Below are positions 48,262 through 57,589 of a stretch of 64,000 nucleotides of DNA, in pieces (position 1 is the stretch's first letter; each line of letters begins with the position of its first letter). The notes below the pieces were generated by a model, which worked only from the letters and a program-made list of their open reading frames with translations, had not been told where the DNA came from and made no database searches. The position numbers and the translations under genes are program-made. This DNA is from Bacillota bacterium (GTDB lineage Bacteria; Bacillota; Sulfobacillia; RBS10-35; JAJYVN01). Where the stretch lies: NCBI GenBank assembly GCA_021803205.1, contig JAJZMB010000053.1, positions 13,837 to 77,836 on the forward strand. The letters run 5' to 3'.

Positions 48262-48555
48262 GGACGGCGCGGCACGGCGGTGACGCGTCACGCCGTCCGG
48301 CGCCGCGCCGCTCGAACTCTAGATCCCCAGCCCGCAGCTGCGGCCGGCAGCGCGCGCAGCGCCTTTACCGCGCCGCCGCCCGGTGCAGCCACGGAAGAAT
48401 ATCCACCGGACTGCAAGGCCGCTGCTCTAAAGAGATGGAAAGCGACGCGCGCATGTTCGGCAGCACCGTCCGCAGGGCCGGCACGCCATGGCCTGCCGGC
48501 GTACCCGTGGTGATGCACCGTCCCGGCAACCGGGTGCGTCCAAACCCGGGATGCT

Positions 48556-49020
48556 TCAGCGTGCGCCTGAGCCCCGGCGGAGCAAGGCCCGCACCCGCCC
48601 CAGCGCGCCCCGAGGCGGCGGCGGAGCGGAGGCAGCCTCCTCCGCACGGGCGGCCGCCTCCGCACGGGCGCGGAGCGCGGCCTGCCCCCGCTCGATCCGC
48701 TCCTGCCGCCGCGCCTCCCGCTGCCGTGTCCGACGGATGCGGCGCGGCACCGCATGCCGGCCTCGCGTGGCTGGTGCCGCTCTCTGGCCGGCGCCCGGTA
48801 CGTCCTTGCCGCCGGGCCCCCCGGACCGGTTACGGTTGATGAAACCCCCGAGGACCACCCCGGTCACCACGGCCAAGACGAGCGGCCACCAGCCGGGCAC
48901 ATGCGCAATATGCAACAGCCGGGGCAACGGGCTGCTGCTGGTACCGGTCAGAGCGTTGAGCAGCAGCACGGCGGCCGCCGCAAGAATCACGAAGGACCAG
49001 AAGGGACGCTTTGGAGACAC
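48556..49020 (-). CDS. hypothetical membrane protein with basic coiled tail
   Basis: Two hydrophobic segments (FWSFVILAAAAVLLL; WWPLVLAVVTGVVLGGF), then an Arg/Ala/Glu-rich tail. Confidence 0.55.
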   Translation of the reverse strand: MSPKRPFWSFVILAAAAVLLLNALTGTSSSPLPRLLHIAHVPGWWPLVLAVVTGVVLGGFINRNRSGGPGGKDVPGAGQRAAPATRGRHAVPRRIRRTRQREARRQERIERGQAALRARAEAAARAEEAASAPPPPRGALGRVRALLRRGSGAR

Positions 49021-49104
49021 CAGTCAACACGCTCCCCGTTGGGGCAGCGCCGCCCCGAGTTGGTCCACCGGACGGAAACCGTCCCTCTGCGTCCAGGCTC
49101 AGCC

Positions 49105-49210
49105 GGGAACTCGGCACAGTCGCTCCCGTCACCGACTGAGTTCCGCCGACAATGGAAATTCATGGTTTCCGGGCGCCGCCGGAGCCAACGGGCAGCCGGA
49201 CTTTGCCGGG
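49105..49210 (+). repeat. GACTTTGCCG-hairpin repeat (L-type, copy L2)
   Basis: GGGAACTCGGCACAGTCGCTCCCGTCACCG...GGGCGCCGCCGGAGCCAACGGGCAGCCGGACTTTGCCGGG. It directly abuts core repeat copy 2. Confidence 0.7.
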
Positions 49211-49212
49211 AT

Positions 49213-49404
49213 CCAGTGGCCCGTGCCTCAAGTTCTGACCGTCGTCAAGGGACAGGGGCACCGTCTCCAGGTAGCGGTCATCGGGCGCGGCCGGTACGGC
49301 CCAGGTGGAGGGCGTCGCAGCAGACATTGGCGCCCGGACTTGAGCTGCATGCTGTTGCCGGCGCTCGACGCAGCGAGACAAAAATTGATGGACGCGCCAC
49401 TAGG
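49213..49404. repeat. 'core' repeat, copy 2
   Basis: Homologous to 7292-7474. Positions 49296-49398 versus 7370-7472 give 94/103 identities in my hand alignment. The terminal arms are degenerate. Confidence 0.8.
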
Positions 49405-49645
49405 CCCCCCCGTCCTCCCCGTCGCGCCGCGCCCGCTCCATGTCCCGCTGAAAAGCCGGCAGCATCAGGCCGCCCACAATCAGGACCGCCACCAGCGCCA
49501 CCGGTCCCCCGAGCCACGCCGGCAGATGAGACAAAAGGTGCCGCAGGACGACACCTGCCACCAGCGCAAACAGCACGGTCAGGGCGACCGCCGCACCGCA
49601 GAATCTCCAGAGCCACTTCCAGATGATCGCCTGCACACCCAGCAC
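49400..49645 (-). CDS. small hypothetical membrane protein
   Basis: Two TM segments (FCGAAVALTVLFALVAGVVL; GGPVALVAVLIVGGLML). The start was chosen just after the upstream SBP stop. The longer ORF to 49744 overlaps the SBP gene. Confidence 0.5.
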   Translation of the reverse strand: MLGVQAIIWKWLWRFCGAAVALTVLFALVAGVVLRHLLSHLPAWLGGPVALVAVLIVGGLMLPAFQRDMERARRDGEDGGA

Positions 49646-49650
49646 CGCCT

Positions 49651-51348
49651 CTACCCGCCCGTATGCGGCACGAGCCAGACCCGGTCGAGCTGTGGCATCA
49701 AAGGCGGAGACAAGAAGATGGCAAAGCTCTGCGGTACCACCCACGGCTGCACCAGGACCGCCGACTCGGTGTAGAACTCCGGCAGGATGGGCAATGCTCG
49801 CGCGACACTGTCGTCGAGGTTCCTGTACGCCGCCGCCCGCGCAGTGGGATCGAGCATCGCCGCGGCGGCAGCCTCTGCCCTGTCGAAGGCCGGATTATGA
49901 TAAAAGCTGGCGTTTCCTGCTCCGATCGCGGCAGAATCCAGAAGGTTGAACATGAAGTCCTGCGGATCCGGGTAGTCCGCCAACCACTGAGCCTGGAACA
50001 GGTTTGCCCGACCGGAGGCCAGGTCACGGTAGTATTCCTGCCAGGTGTCCCTGAGCACCGTGACCTGGAAGCCGACTGCGTCCAGGTCGCGGGCAACCGA
50101 TTCGGCAACCGCGTCCGTCGTCGCCTGCTGCACCGTCCCCCCCGCCGCGATCGTCAGGATCTGCACCGGGAGCCCCGGTTTGCCCCCGGCCTCGCGGAAG
50201 AGCGCCCGCGCCTCGCTCGGGTTGTATGGATACGGCGCCAGCGCCGGGTCGTAGCCGGGGATGCCAGGAGGCAGCATACCCCCCGCCACCTCGCCCTGTC
50301 CGCCGGCCGCCGCCAGCAGTTTGCGCTTGTTCAAGGCATAGGCCACCGCCCGCCGCATCAGCACGTGGTCGAAGGGGGGCTTGGCCACGTTGAAACCGAG
50401 GTAGGCCAAGCCCAAGTCGCTGGCCTCCCAGAGCCGGCTGCCGGCGGGAGGAGGCGCCAGGTCCGCCAGTTGCGCCGGCGACACGTTGCTCAGCATGTCC
50501 AGTTGCCCCGCGGCGAACATCCGCGCCTGTTGAGCCGGGGAGGGCACGATGCGGAAGTCCACAGCCGCGAACGGACCCTCAAGATAGCCCCCCGTCCGGA
50601 TTCCCTTCCGCCAGTATTTTGGCGACGGCCGCAACTCCAAGGACTGGCCCGGCGTGGAGGACGCCAGCACATACGGACCGCTGCCGGCAGAGTGCTCAAA
50701 CCACCAGGCGGAACCGGCCGCCACCCCCTGCACCAGCCGCTCCTCCACCACCGAGGTACTGGGCATCGCCAGGAGTTCGGGGAGATAGGGCACCGGGTGC
50801 TTGAGGTGGAAGATTATGGTGTCATTACTTACTGGCTGGACACCTGTGGCCAGCCAGGGTTTGCCCGCGCGGATCTCGGAAAACCCCACCAGCGCCGAGA
50901 ATGAAAGGGCGTGCGGTGAATCCGTGGTCATGGCCAGCATGCGGTCAAGGGAAAAAGCGACATCGGCCGAGGTCACCGGCGTACCGTCCGCGAAGCGGGC
51001 CGAGGCGTGGAGGTCGACCGTGAGTGCCGTACCGGCGGCATTCCAATGCCAGGCCCGGGCCAGTCGCCCAACCAACAGACCACCCGGGGCGTATGAGAAA
51101 AGCGGTTCATACATGAGCTGAATGGCGGAGATCGACTCCGTGTCCTGGGCGAGTGCCGGATCCAACGTCGGAAAGTCACTGCTCACCGCCACGGTCAGCG
51201 TACCCCCAGCCCGGGGGCCGGCAGAGCCGGTCCCCGGGGCCGGGGTCGACGCCTGGGCGGCGGGGAGCGCTCCACGCACCGGGCCGCAAGCGACGCAGCC
51301 CGCAGCCACACACAGCAGCATGCCGGATAACCAGACCCGGTTCCGCAA
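49651..51348 (-). CDS. ABC transporter substrate-binding lipoprotein (peptide/nickel family 5)
   Basis: TTG start gives MRNRVWLSGMLLCVAAGC (lipobox). Body LTVAVSSDFPTLDPA...ARFADGTPVTSADV is typical of family 5. No permease or ATPase genes lie adjacent. Confidence 0.85.
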   Translation of the reverse strand: MRNRVWLSGMLLCVAAGCVACGPVRGALPAAQASTPAPGTGSAGPRAGGTLTVAVSSDFPTLDPALAQDTESISAIQLMYEPLFSYAPGGLLVGRLARAWHWNAAGTALTVDLHASARFADGTPVTSADVAFSLDRMLAMTTDSPHALSFSALVGFSEIRAGKPWLATGVQPVSNDTIIFHLKHPVPYLPELLAMPSTSVVEERLVQGVAAGSAWWFEHSAGSGPYVLASSTPGQSLELRPSPKYWRKGIRTGGYLEGPFAAVDFRIVPSPAQQARMFAAGQLDMLSNVSPAQLADLAPPPAGSRLWEASDLGLAYLGFNVAKPPFDHVLMRRAVAYALNKRKLLAAAGGQGEVAGGMLPPGIPGYDPALAPYPYNPSEARALFREAGGKPGLPVQILTIAAGGTVQQATTDAVAESVARDLDAVGFQVTVLRDTWQEYYRDLASGRANLFQAQWLADYPDPQDFMFNLLDSAAIGAGNASFYHNPAFDRAEAAAAAMLDPTARAAAYRNLDDSVARALPILPEFYTESAVLVQPWVVPQSFAIFLSPPLMPQLDRVWLVPHTGG

Positions 51349-51549
51349 CCGCCCATCCCCGCCAGGCACTCTGTGCACGCCTCCCGCCGCGACAGGGCCG
51401 CGGTCCGCGCAATGCGGCCACGGCTGCATGGGGCAGACGGATGCGCGCGCCCGGCGCGGCGTGTGTTGACCCCCCTCGGCCCCGGGGTACAATGATGCCA
51501 CACCGGGCCGCTTCTGTGGCGGCCGCGCGGGAAGGGGGATGTCAGGTCG

Positions 51550-52479
51550 ATGCAACGGCGCCTCCCCTCAGATTGGCAACTGCAGGCGCGGATGGTCTTC
51601 ACCATGCTCCTGCTGGGCGCGGTTTACGTCGTCTTCGCCGCCGTACTCTACAGGGCCGGCGCGGCCGTACCGCTGATCGCGGCGCTTGTGGGCGGCATGG
51701 CCCTCCTCCAGTTCTACTTCTCCGACCGCCTGATCCTGCTCTCGACGGGCGCGCGCCTGGTCGGCGCCGGTGAACTGCCCGAGGTCCAGGATATGCTGGG
51801 CCGCCTGGCGGCCATGGCCGACCTGCCCAAACCCCGGCTGGCCCTGGTGGATACCCCGATGCCCAACGCCTTCGCCACCGGCCGGGATCCGCAGCATGCG
51901 GTGGTCGCCGTCACGCGCGGCCTGCTTTCCCGCCTGAACCCGGCCGAGGTGGAGGCGGTCCTGGGCCATGAGCTGACCCACGTGCGCAATCGCGACATGG
52001 CAGTGATGGCCATGGCCACCTTTTTTTCTACCATCGCGGCCTGGCTCGCTCAGAACCTCCTGTGGTTCGGTCTTTGGGGCGGGGGCGGGTACGGCGGCGG
52101 AGGCCGGCGGAACCGCAGCGGCGAGTCCCTCGGCATGGTGATGCTGGTCTCCTGGCTCGTGTATGCGATCAGCTTCCTGCTCATCGCGGCGCTGTCCCGG
52201 TATCGGGAATACGCCGCAGATCGGGGCTCCGCGGTGCTCACGGGCCGGCCCGCCAATCTCGCCTCGGCGCTCTTGCACATCAGTGGGGCGATGGACCGCA
52301 TCCCGACGCAGGACCTGCGTCAGGCGCAACGCTTCAACGCATTGTTCATCCACCCGGCCGTGTCGACCCGGAGGGGCTTCTCCGAACTGCTGATGACCCA
52401 TCCCTCACTCGAGCACCGATTGGGGCGCCTGCGCCGGATCGAACTCGAACTGTCCGGTCCCGCAGGGCGGGGACGATGA
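51550..52479 (+). CDS. htpX: M48 family zinc metalloprotease HtpX
   Basis: HELTHV zinc motif, NAFATG, EYAADR and four TM segments. Confidence 0.92.
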   Translation: MQRRLPSDWQLQARMVFTMLLLGAVYVVFAAVLYRAGAAVPLIAALVGGMALLQFYFSDRLILLSTGARLVGAGELPEVQDMLGRLAAMADLPKPRLALVDTPMPNAFATGRDPQHAVVAVTRGLLSRLNPAEVEAVLGHELTHVRNRDMAVMAMATFFSTIAAWLAQNLLWFGLWGGGGYGGGGRRNRSGESLGMVMLVSWLVYAISFLLIAALSRYREYAADRGSAVLTGRPANLASALLHISGAMDRIPTQDLRQAQRFNALFIHPAVSTRRGFSELLMTHPSLEHRLGRLRRIELELSGPAGRGR

Positions 52480-52591
52480 CGTCTCGATCCGAACCCGCGG
52501 GGCAGAAGAGACCGAGCCCGTCCATGGCTGGCGGCGGCCCGGTTTGTGGCGTGCCGCAGCAACCCTCCGCGCCAGAAGGAGGCACCGGACC

Positions 52592-53179
52592 ATGGGCTTT
52601 TTCGATTCGGTCCTGGGCCCGCTGTTTGGCAGCACCCGCCTGAGGCGGCCGGACATCGACCACCTCTTCACCCTGACCACTGCGGAGCCGTCCCTGGATG
52701 CGGCGGAACTGGCGCCCGGCGGGCGAGCGGCGGTGTGCCTGCAGCCGGTCGAGGGCGCCGCGTTTGCCGCGGTCGATCATGAATTGCGCGAACTGGTCGC
52801 GCTGGCCTGTAGAGGCAATGATTTTCATGGACAGGTGGCGGTGAGCCGCGACGACCTCGGCTACGTATGGGTCGTTTTCACCGACCCTGATCTCGGTGAA
52901 TCCGTCAACCTGGTGCATCTGGCCGGCAGCACCCTGCAGGAACACGGCTACGGCGAGCAGCTCCTGGCGGCTGTGTTCCGTTTCCGGCAGACGGGCGACG
53001 ACGCCCCCTGCCTGCTGATATACAACTACAAACGCGGGAGCTTTTACCCGTTCGTACCTACGGGTGGCCGTGCTCGGGACAACGCCGCCGAGTTCCGTAT
53101 CGGCTCGGCTCTGGGACGGATCCTGCCCGTGGAGAAGGACGTGACCCGGTGGTTTCCGCTGTGGGGGGCGCCAGTGTGA
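52592..53179 (+). CDS. likely PspA-associated protein PspAB
   Basis: MGFFDSVLGPLFG N-terminus, ~195 aa, immediately downstream of htpX and convergent with pspAA-pspA. The family assignment is from memory of the Psp-partner literature. AAGGAGG RBS. Confidence 0.6.
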   Translation: MGFFDSVLGPLFGSTRLRRPDIDHLFTLTTAEPSLDAAELAPGGRAAVCLQPVEGAAFAAVDHELRELVALACRGNDFHGQVAVSRDDLGYVWVVFTDPDLGESVNLVHLAGSTLQEHGYGEQLLAAVFRFRQTGDDAPCLLIYNYKRGSFYPFVPTGGRARDNAAEFRIGSALGRILPVEKDVTRWFPLWGAPV

Positions 53180-53222
53180 AGACGGCGCCCGATCGGGAAG
53201 CCGCCCCCACACCGGCCGCCAT

Positions 53223-53492
53223 TCAGGCGGGGTGCTCCGTAAACATGCTGCGGGCCTCGTCCAAAGAGGTATCGGAGGACGGCAGAACAAGGTCGGATTC
53301 CACCAGACGCTGGGTCGGCACCGGCTTTCCTCTCCCGCGCACCAAGTCCAGAACGTCGCGGAAACTCCGGCGGAACGCCTCCTCATCGGCTTGAGCCACA
53401 ACCTCCAGAAGATGCGCGTCAGCCACCTTCAGCGCGGCGAGGGCCTCCCCCTCCAGATCAAACTGACCCTCTCCCAGAATACGCACAATCAT
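53223..53492 (-). CDS. PspA-associated protein PspAA
   Basis: MIVRILGEGQFDLEGEALAAL..., 89 aa and acidic, directly downstream of pspA. It matches my recollection of the PspAA family N-terminus (MIVRIMGEGQ). Confidence 0.75.
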   Translation of the reverse strand: MIVRILGEGQFDLEGEALAALKVADAHLLEVVAQADEEAFRRSFRDVLDLVRGRGKPVPTQRLVESDLVLPSSDTSLDEARSMFTEHPA

Positions 53493-53543
53493 CGGACCAC
53501 CTCCTCTTGGACAGGTCGGCCGGTTCCGCTCGGGTCCGGCGCC

Positions 53544-54251
53544 CTACTTGCCTCCGGCGATGTCCGCCTTCAGCCGTGCCAGGTCCGATTCCACATTGGC
53601 CGTGGCCGAAATCTTGCCGAGTTCCGCGGCGACTGGATCACCGTTGGATTGCAATGTATCCTGCAGCGTCCCCTGGTCCACCAGTTCGTCGATGGCCGAG
53701 GCGCGCGCCCGCATCGACTCTGTCTTGTCCTGCGCCCGCTGAACGGCCATACCCACATCGGCCATTTCCTCGGAAAGGCCCGTGGCGGCCTCCCCGATCC
53801 GCACCGAGGCCTGGGCGGCGGTGTATTGCGCCTTGATGACCTCCTTCTGGGTGCGGAAGGACTCAACCTTGGTCGTGAGCCTCTGCTCAGCAGCGGTCAG
53901 CTTATCCTGCTCCTTCTGGAGGTCGTCGATCTGGTGCTGCAGGCCATCCAACTGACCGGTCGCTGCCTGCTTCCGTTCGAGGGCCACACGCGCCAGGTCC
54001 TCGCGGCTGACCGCCAGGGCCTGCTTGGCCTCCTGCTCCAGCGTATCGGCCTGCTGCTTCAGTTTGTCGGCCTGCAGCTCCAGGCGCTTCTTGCTGGCAA
54101 CGACATCGGCCAGACCGCGTTTGACGTTTTGCAGGAGCTCAAGCTGCTTCTGGTAGGAGAACTCAAGCGTCTGCCGCGGGTCCTCAATGGAGTCAAGCGC
54201 CTGGTTCATCTTCGACTTGAAAATCGTGGATACGCGCGACAGGATACCCAC
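53544..54251 (-). CDS. pspA: PspA/IM30 family protein
   Basis: MGILSRVSTIFKSKMNQALDSIEDP...long coiled coil, 235 aa. GTG follows GGAGGGA. Confidence 0.93.
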   Translation of the reverse strand: MGILSRVSTIFKSKMNQALDSIEDPRQTLEFSYQKQLELLQNVKRGLADVVASKKRLELQADKLKQQADTLEQEAKQALAVSREDLARVALERKQAATGQLDGLQHQIDDLQKEQDKLTAAEQRLTTKVESFRTQKEVIKAQYTAAQASVRIGEAATGLSEEMADVGMAVQRAQDKTESMRARASAIDELVDQGTLQDTLQSNGDPVAAELGKISATANVESDLARLKADIAGGK

Positions 54252-54318
54252 CGGTCATCCCTCCGCTTCGTTCCGCCGCGGCCGCGCCGTCCGCACTGGC
54301 GGAGGACCGCACAGGCGG

Positions 54319-54327
54319 ATTATAGCA
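54319..54327 (-). promoter_or_regulatory. extended -10 promoter element TGCTATAAT upstream of pspA
   Basis: The minus strand reads CGATGCTATAATCCGCC, 68 nt upstream of the pspA GTG. An adjacent palindrome GGGGTCGCCGACCCC sits just upstream. No good -35 box. Confidence 0.45.
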
Positions 54328-54424
54328 TCGGGGTCGGCGACCCCACGAGGGCGGCGGCGTCCGTTTCGCTTTCGTACGGTGTCGGCCTGGCCGCGGGCAC
54401 ACCCTGCACCGGGCACCGCCCTGC

Positions 54425-54545
54425 GTGGCCGCGGCAAAAGTCCGCCTTTGCGCGGCCACCGCTCCAATGTCCCCTGTCGCCCAACGAGCCAAGTTTCGCG
54501 GCGGGGATAGAAACCGACTTTTGCAGCGCCCTCCCAGCGGCGGGG
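54425..54545 (-). repeat. A-type intergenic repeat block (M-R), inverted copy
   Basis: The reverse complement TTGGGCGACAGGGGACATTGGAGCGGTGGCCGCGCAAAGGCGGACTTTTGCCGCGGCCAC aligns with R2 at 37879-37943. The adjacent ...GCTGCAAAAG... part aligns with M at 37831-37878. Confidence 0.75.
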
Positions 54546-54855
54546 TATTCTTGAGGATGAGCGTACGCCGTGCCCACCGGAGGGCAGCACGCGCCGCGCA
54601 CGCGGCTCCACCGGGAAGCGGCCGCCACTGCGCAGCGCAGTAGCCCCGCCGCGGCGGGCACCAGGCATCTCCAGGCCGACATGCCCCGCCGGCAGTCGGA
54701 CGCGCGCCCAAAGCCCCGGGGCATGCGCGAGGGTGCGCACAGAGCGCCCGCCTCGCCAAGCCGAAAACCCCGACTCTCCGCGCACCCGCGGCCGCGCGTC
54801 CCGCTTGCCTGTTCGGCCGGCCGCCGGCCACCCGCATCCGTCCGGATGCGAGGTC

Positions 54856-55857
54856 TCAGCCAGCGGCGCTGTGGATCTCCGCCGGCTTCCGCCGCGGCGA
54901 GCCGGCCTCGGGCAGCACCCCCAGCGTCATGGCCGCCACCACCGTGAACAGCACCGTCGCCAGGGCCACGTGCAGAACGTCGGCCTCCAGCGCAAGGTGG
55001 GTCAGCACCAGGACGAGGCCGCTGAGTATCTGCAGCACGACCAGGGCCAACACCGCATGGCCGAGCCTGGCGAGGTCGGGGCGGACCGCGCGGGCGCGCC
55101 GCGCCTGAACAAACAGACACGTGGCGATGACGCCAGCCACCAGGGCGATGAAGCGGTGCAGGAGATCGACGGTCACCGGATTCGCCAGCGAAAGGGTTGC
55201 CCTGCCGGTGCTGCACAGCGGCCACGTCAGGCAGGCCACCCCACTGTCGGTGCCCGCGACGTACGCCCCCACGTAAACAGCCACATACATGAAGATCATC
55301 ATGGTCCACGTCCAGAGCACAAGGGCCCGCGGCGCCCGATGCCGCCGCAGTGCGCCGTCCCCGGCGCGCAGTCCCCAGAGCGCCCAGGCCAGGAGCGCGG
55401 TGGCGGCGAAGGCCGTGAGGGCGATGCCCAGGTGGACGGCGATGAGCGCCTCCGACTCAGGGGAAAGCACGGCGAGGGCACCCACGACCGATTCGATCAC
55501 GACGAACCCGAGCCCGATCGCCGCAAGTACACGGACCTCGATCACGTGCCAGTCTCGGATCCAGGCCCAGACGGCGGCGGCGCCTTCCATCAGGCCCACC
55601 GCACCGGCCAGGGCGCGGTGCGACCACTCGATGATCGTCTTCAGGTTGTCGGTTGGGAACAGGCTCCCGTGGCAGAGCGGGAATGAGCGGCCGCAGCCCA
55701 GCGCAGAGTTTGTCGCCGTGTCCACGAATCCGAGCACGACGACCAGGAACAGGCCCAGGGTGGTCAGGGCGGCAAAAGCGGCTAGAGGAAGGCCGGGTGT
55801 CCTCTGCCGCGGAGCGCGGGAGCGGGTACGCGCCGACTGCAACGCACAGGTCGCCAC
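54856..55857 (-). CDS. ctaA: heme A synthase (COX15/CtaA)
   Basis: Eight TM segments. Paired-Cys loops GCGRSFPLCHG and ACLTWPLC. Conserved His residues. Confidence 0.88.
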   Translation of the reverse strand: MATCALQSARTRSRAPRQRTPGLPLAAFAALTTLGLFLVVVLGFVDTATNSALGCGRSFPLCHGSLFPTDNLKTIIEWSHRALAGAVGLMEGAAAVWAWIRDWHVIEVRVLAAIGLGFVVIESVVGALAVLSPESEALIAVHLGIALTAFAATALLAWALWGLRAGDGALRRHRAPRALVLWTWTMMIFMYVAVYVGAYVAGTDSGVACLTWPLCSTGRATLSLANPVTVDLLHRFIALVAGVIATCLFVQARRARAVRPDLARLGHAVLALVVLQILSGLVLVLTHLALEADVLHVALATVLFTVVAAMTLGVLPEAGSPRRKPAEIHSAAG

Positions 55858-56090
55858 CTTACATCCGGGGGATCGGAACGCACCGAATTATACCCGCGCG
55901 CGTCTGTCTCCGGCGGCCGGCGCCGAACCGGGAGACCCTGGCCGGCACCGCCGGGCGACGTGCGGCCCGCCGCCGTGGTGTTCCCCGCCGGTGCTCAGCC
56001 CGCAGGGCGGATCAGACGGCTGTGCTGCGTCTGCAGCCCGGCGCATCACCACTCCCGCGGCTGCTGGCGCTGGGCCGAAGACGCCGGCCC

Positions 56091-57002
56091 TCAACCCAGC
56101 GCCAAACCGAACAACGCGAGTGCCACCAGGGTGCAGGCCCCCCCGATCCAGACCGAGCGGCGCGAGCGGGTCAGGTCGATCTCGTGGAACACCGCCACAC
56201 CGAAACCCAGCGTCAAATAGAAGCTGAGTTGGGAGAGCGGCCAGGCGATGGCCAGTCCGAGGAGCGTTGTCCCCGGGGTGACCAGCAACGAGCCGAGAAA
56301 CCACAGGCCGCCGGCAGCACCAGGAAGGCGTTCGTCCTGCAGGCGCAGGGGCGCGGCACGGCCCCGCAGGCGCCGGAGGCAGTGCGGCACAAGGCTGAGC
56401 AAACCGCCGCTGATCCCAAGGGCAGCCTGGTACTGCAGCCAGCCCCACCGCGATGCATCCAGGACGGGGATGGCGGGCACAAGGTAATAACCGATGCCGG
56501 CGGCAGCGACCAGACCGAGCAGGACGCCGAGCGGGTCAAGGCGACGCGCGTCGCTTTGACTCCTGGGCATCCCCGCGCCGCGCCTGGCCCTTCCGATCAG
56601 CAGCGCCGCCGCGACGATCAGGGCGCTGCCGGCCAGCGCCTCCAGCGCTTGTGCCGGCCCGAGGCGCTCCCCCGTCAGCAAGAGGCCGAAGGCCGTACCA
56701 AAGAGTGCCGTCAGGTTCTTGGCGGCGCTCGCCCGCGCGACACCGATCCGGTCGATCGCGCCGGTGTAGGCGGTGTTGGCGAGAAACCACACCGCGCCGG
56801 AGAGGGTGCAGCGGAAAAGGGCCCCCTGGCCCATCCGGCCGTGGCCGGCCAACGCCAAGCCGCACCAGCAGAGAGCGCCGAGGATGGCCACCGCAAGGCC
56901 CATCGCCGCGGTGTAGGCCCAGGCGTCCAGCGGACTGCGCCGCCGAGGCAGGACATAGAGCCCGAAGCAACCGGCGGAACCGATGCTGAGGAGCAAGCCC
57001 AA
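56091..57002 (-). CDS. DMT-superfamily (GRP/EamA-like) membrane transporter
   Basis: About ten hydrophobic segments in two halves separated by a basic loop (RARRGAGMPRSQSDARR). The family call is tentative. Confidence 0.65.
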   Translation of the reverse strand: MGLLLSIGSAGCFGLYVLPRRRSPLDAWAYTAAMGLAVAILGALCWCGLALAGHGRMGQGALFRCTLSGAVWFLANTAYTGAIDRIGVARASAAKNLTALFGTAFGLLLTGERLGPAQALEALAGSALIVAAALLIGRARRGAGMPRSQSDARRLDPLGVLLGLVAAAGIGYYLVPAIPVLDASRWGWLQYQAALGISGGLLSLVPHCLRRLRGRAAPLRLQDERLPGAAGGLWFLGSLLVTPGTTLLGLAIAWPLSQLSFYLTLGFGVAVFHEIDLTRSRRSVWIGGACTLVALALFGLALG

Positions 57003-57589
57003 CGCGACAGCGATGGCCGGCGGCCCCCCTGTGGTGATCCGCCGCGCCGATTCCCCGCGGACGGCGGGGGTCCCTGCAATTGGCCCGCACGGGCGCCAAC
57101 CCGGCTGCGACGGCTACCGGGCCGGGCACGCCCCCCCGGACCGGAGTGCGATGCGCCGCCGGCCTGATCTCGGGATGCGCCGGTCTGTCTTACTGCATAC
57201 GCTGGCGTTTTGCTCCGGCGGGCTCTGGGTCCGGATGCGTACCCACGGGGTACGCGGGAGCGTTCTTCATCCAGTGTGAGACATACCTGACCCCGTGGCT
57301 GGCGTCCGAGCATCGCCACACCCTCCGCTCCCCTCCCCCACGGCTCAGCCCGGTTCAGACCGCCGTCCACGCGCCGGCCCGCGCGCGCCCCGCCCTCCAC
57401 CAATCCCGGCGCTGCCACAGCCGCTCCGTCGGCACCTCCCGCCGCCCGTTTCGGCACCCTCACGCTTCAGCGCTGCGATTTCCCGCCCCACCTTGACCGA
57501 CAGAGCCGGGAGCGGGAGGATGGCAGGTGGCCGGGCAGGTCCCCGCGGGCGGTCCCCGGCAATCTACCGCACAAAGGGGATGCAGGCTA

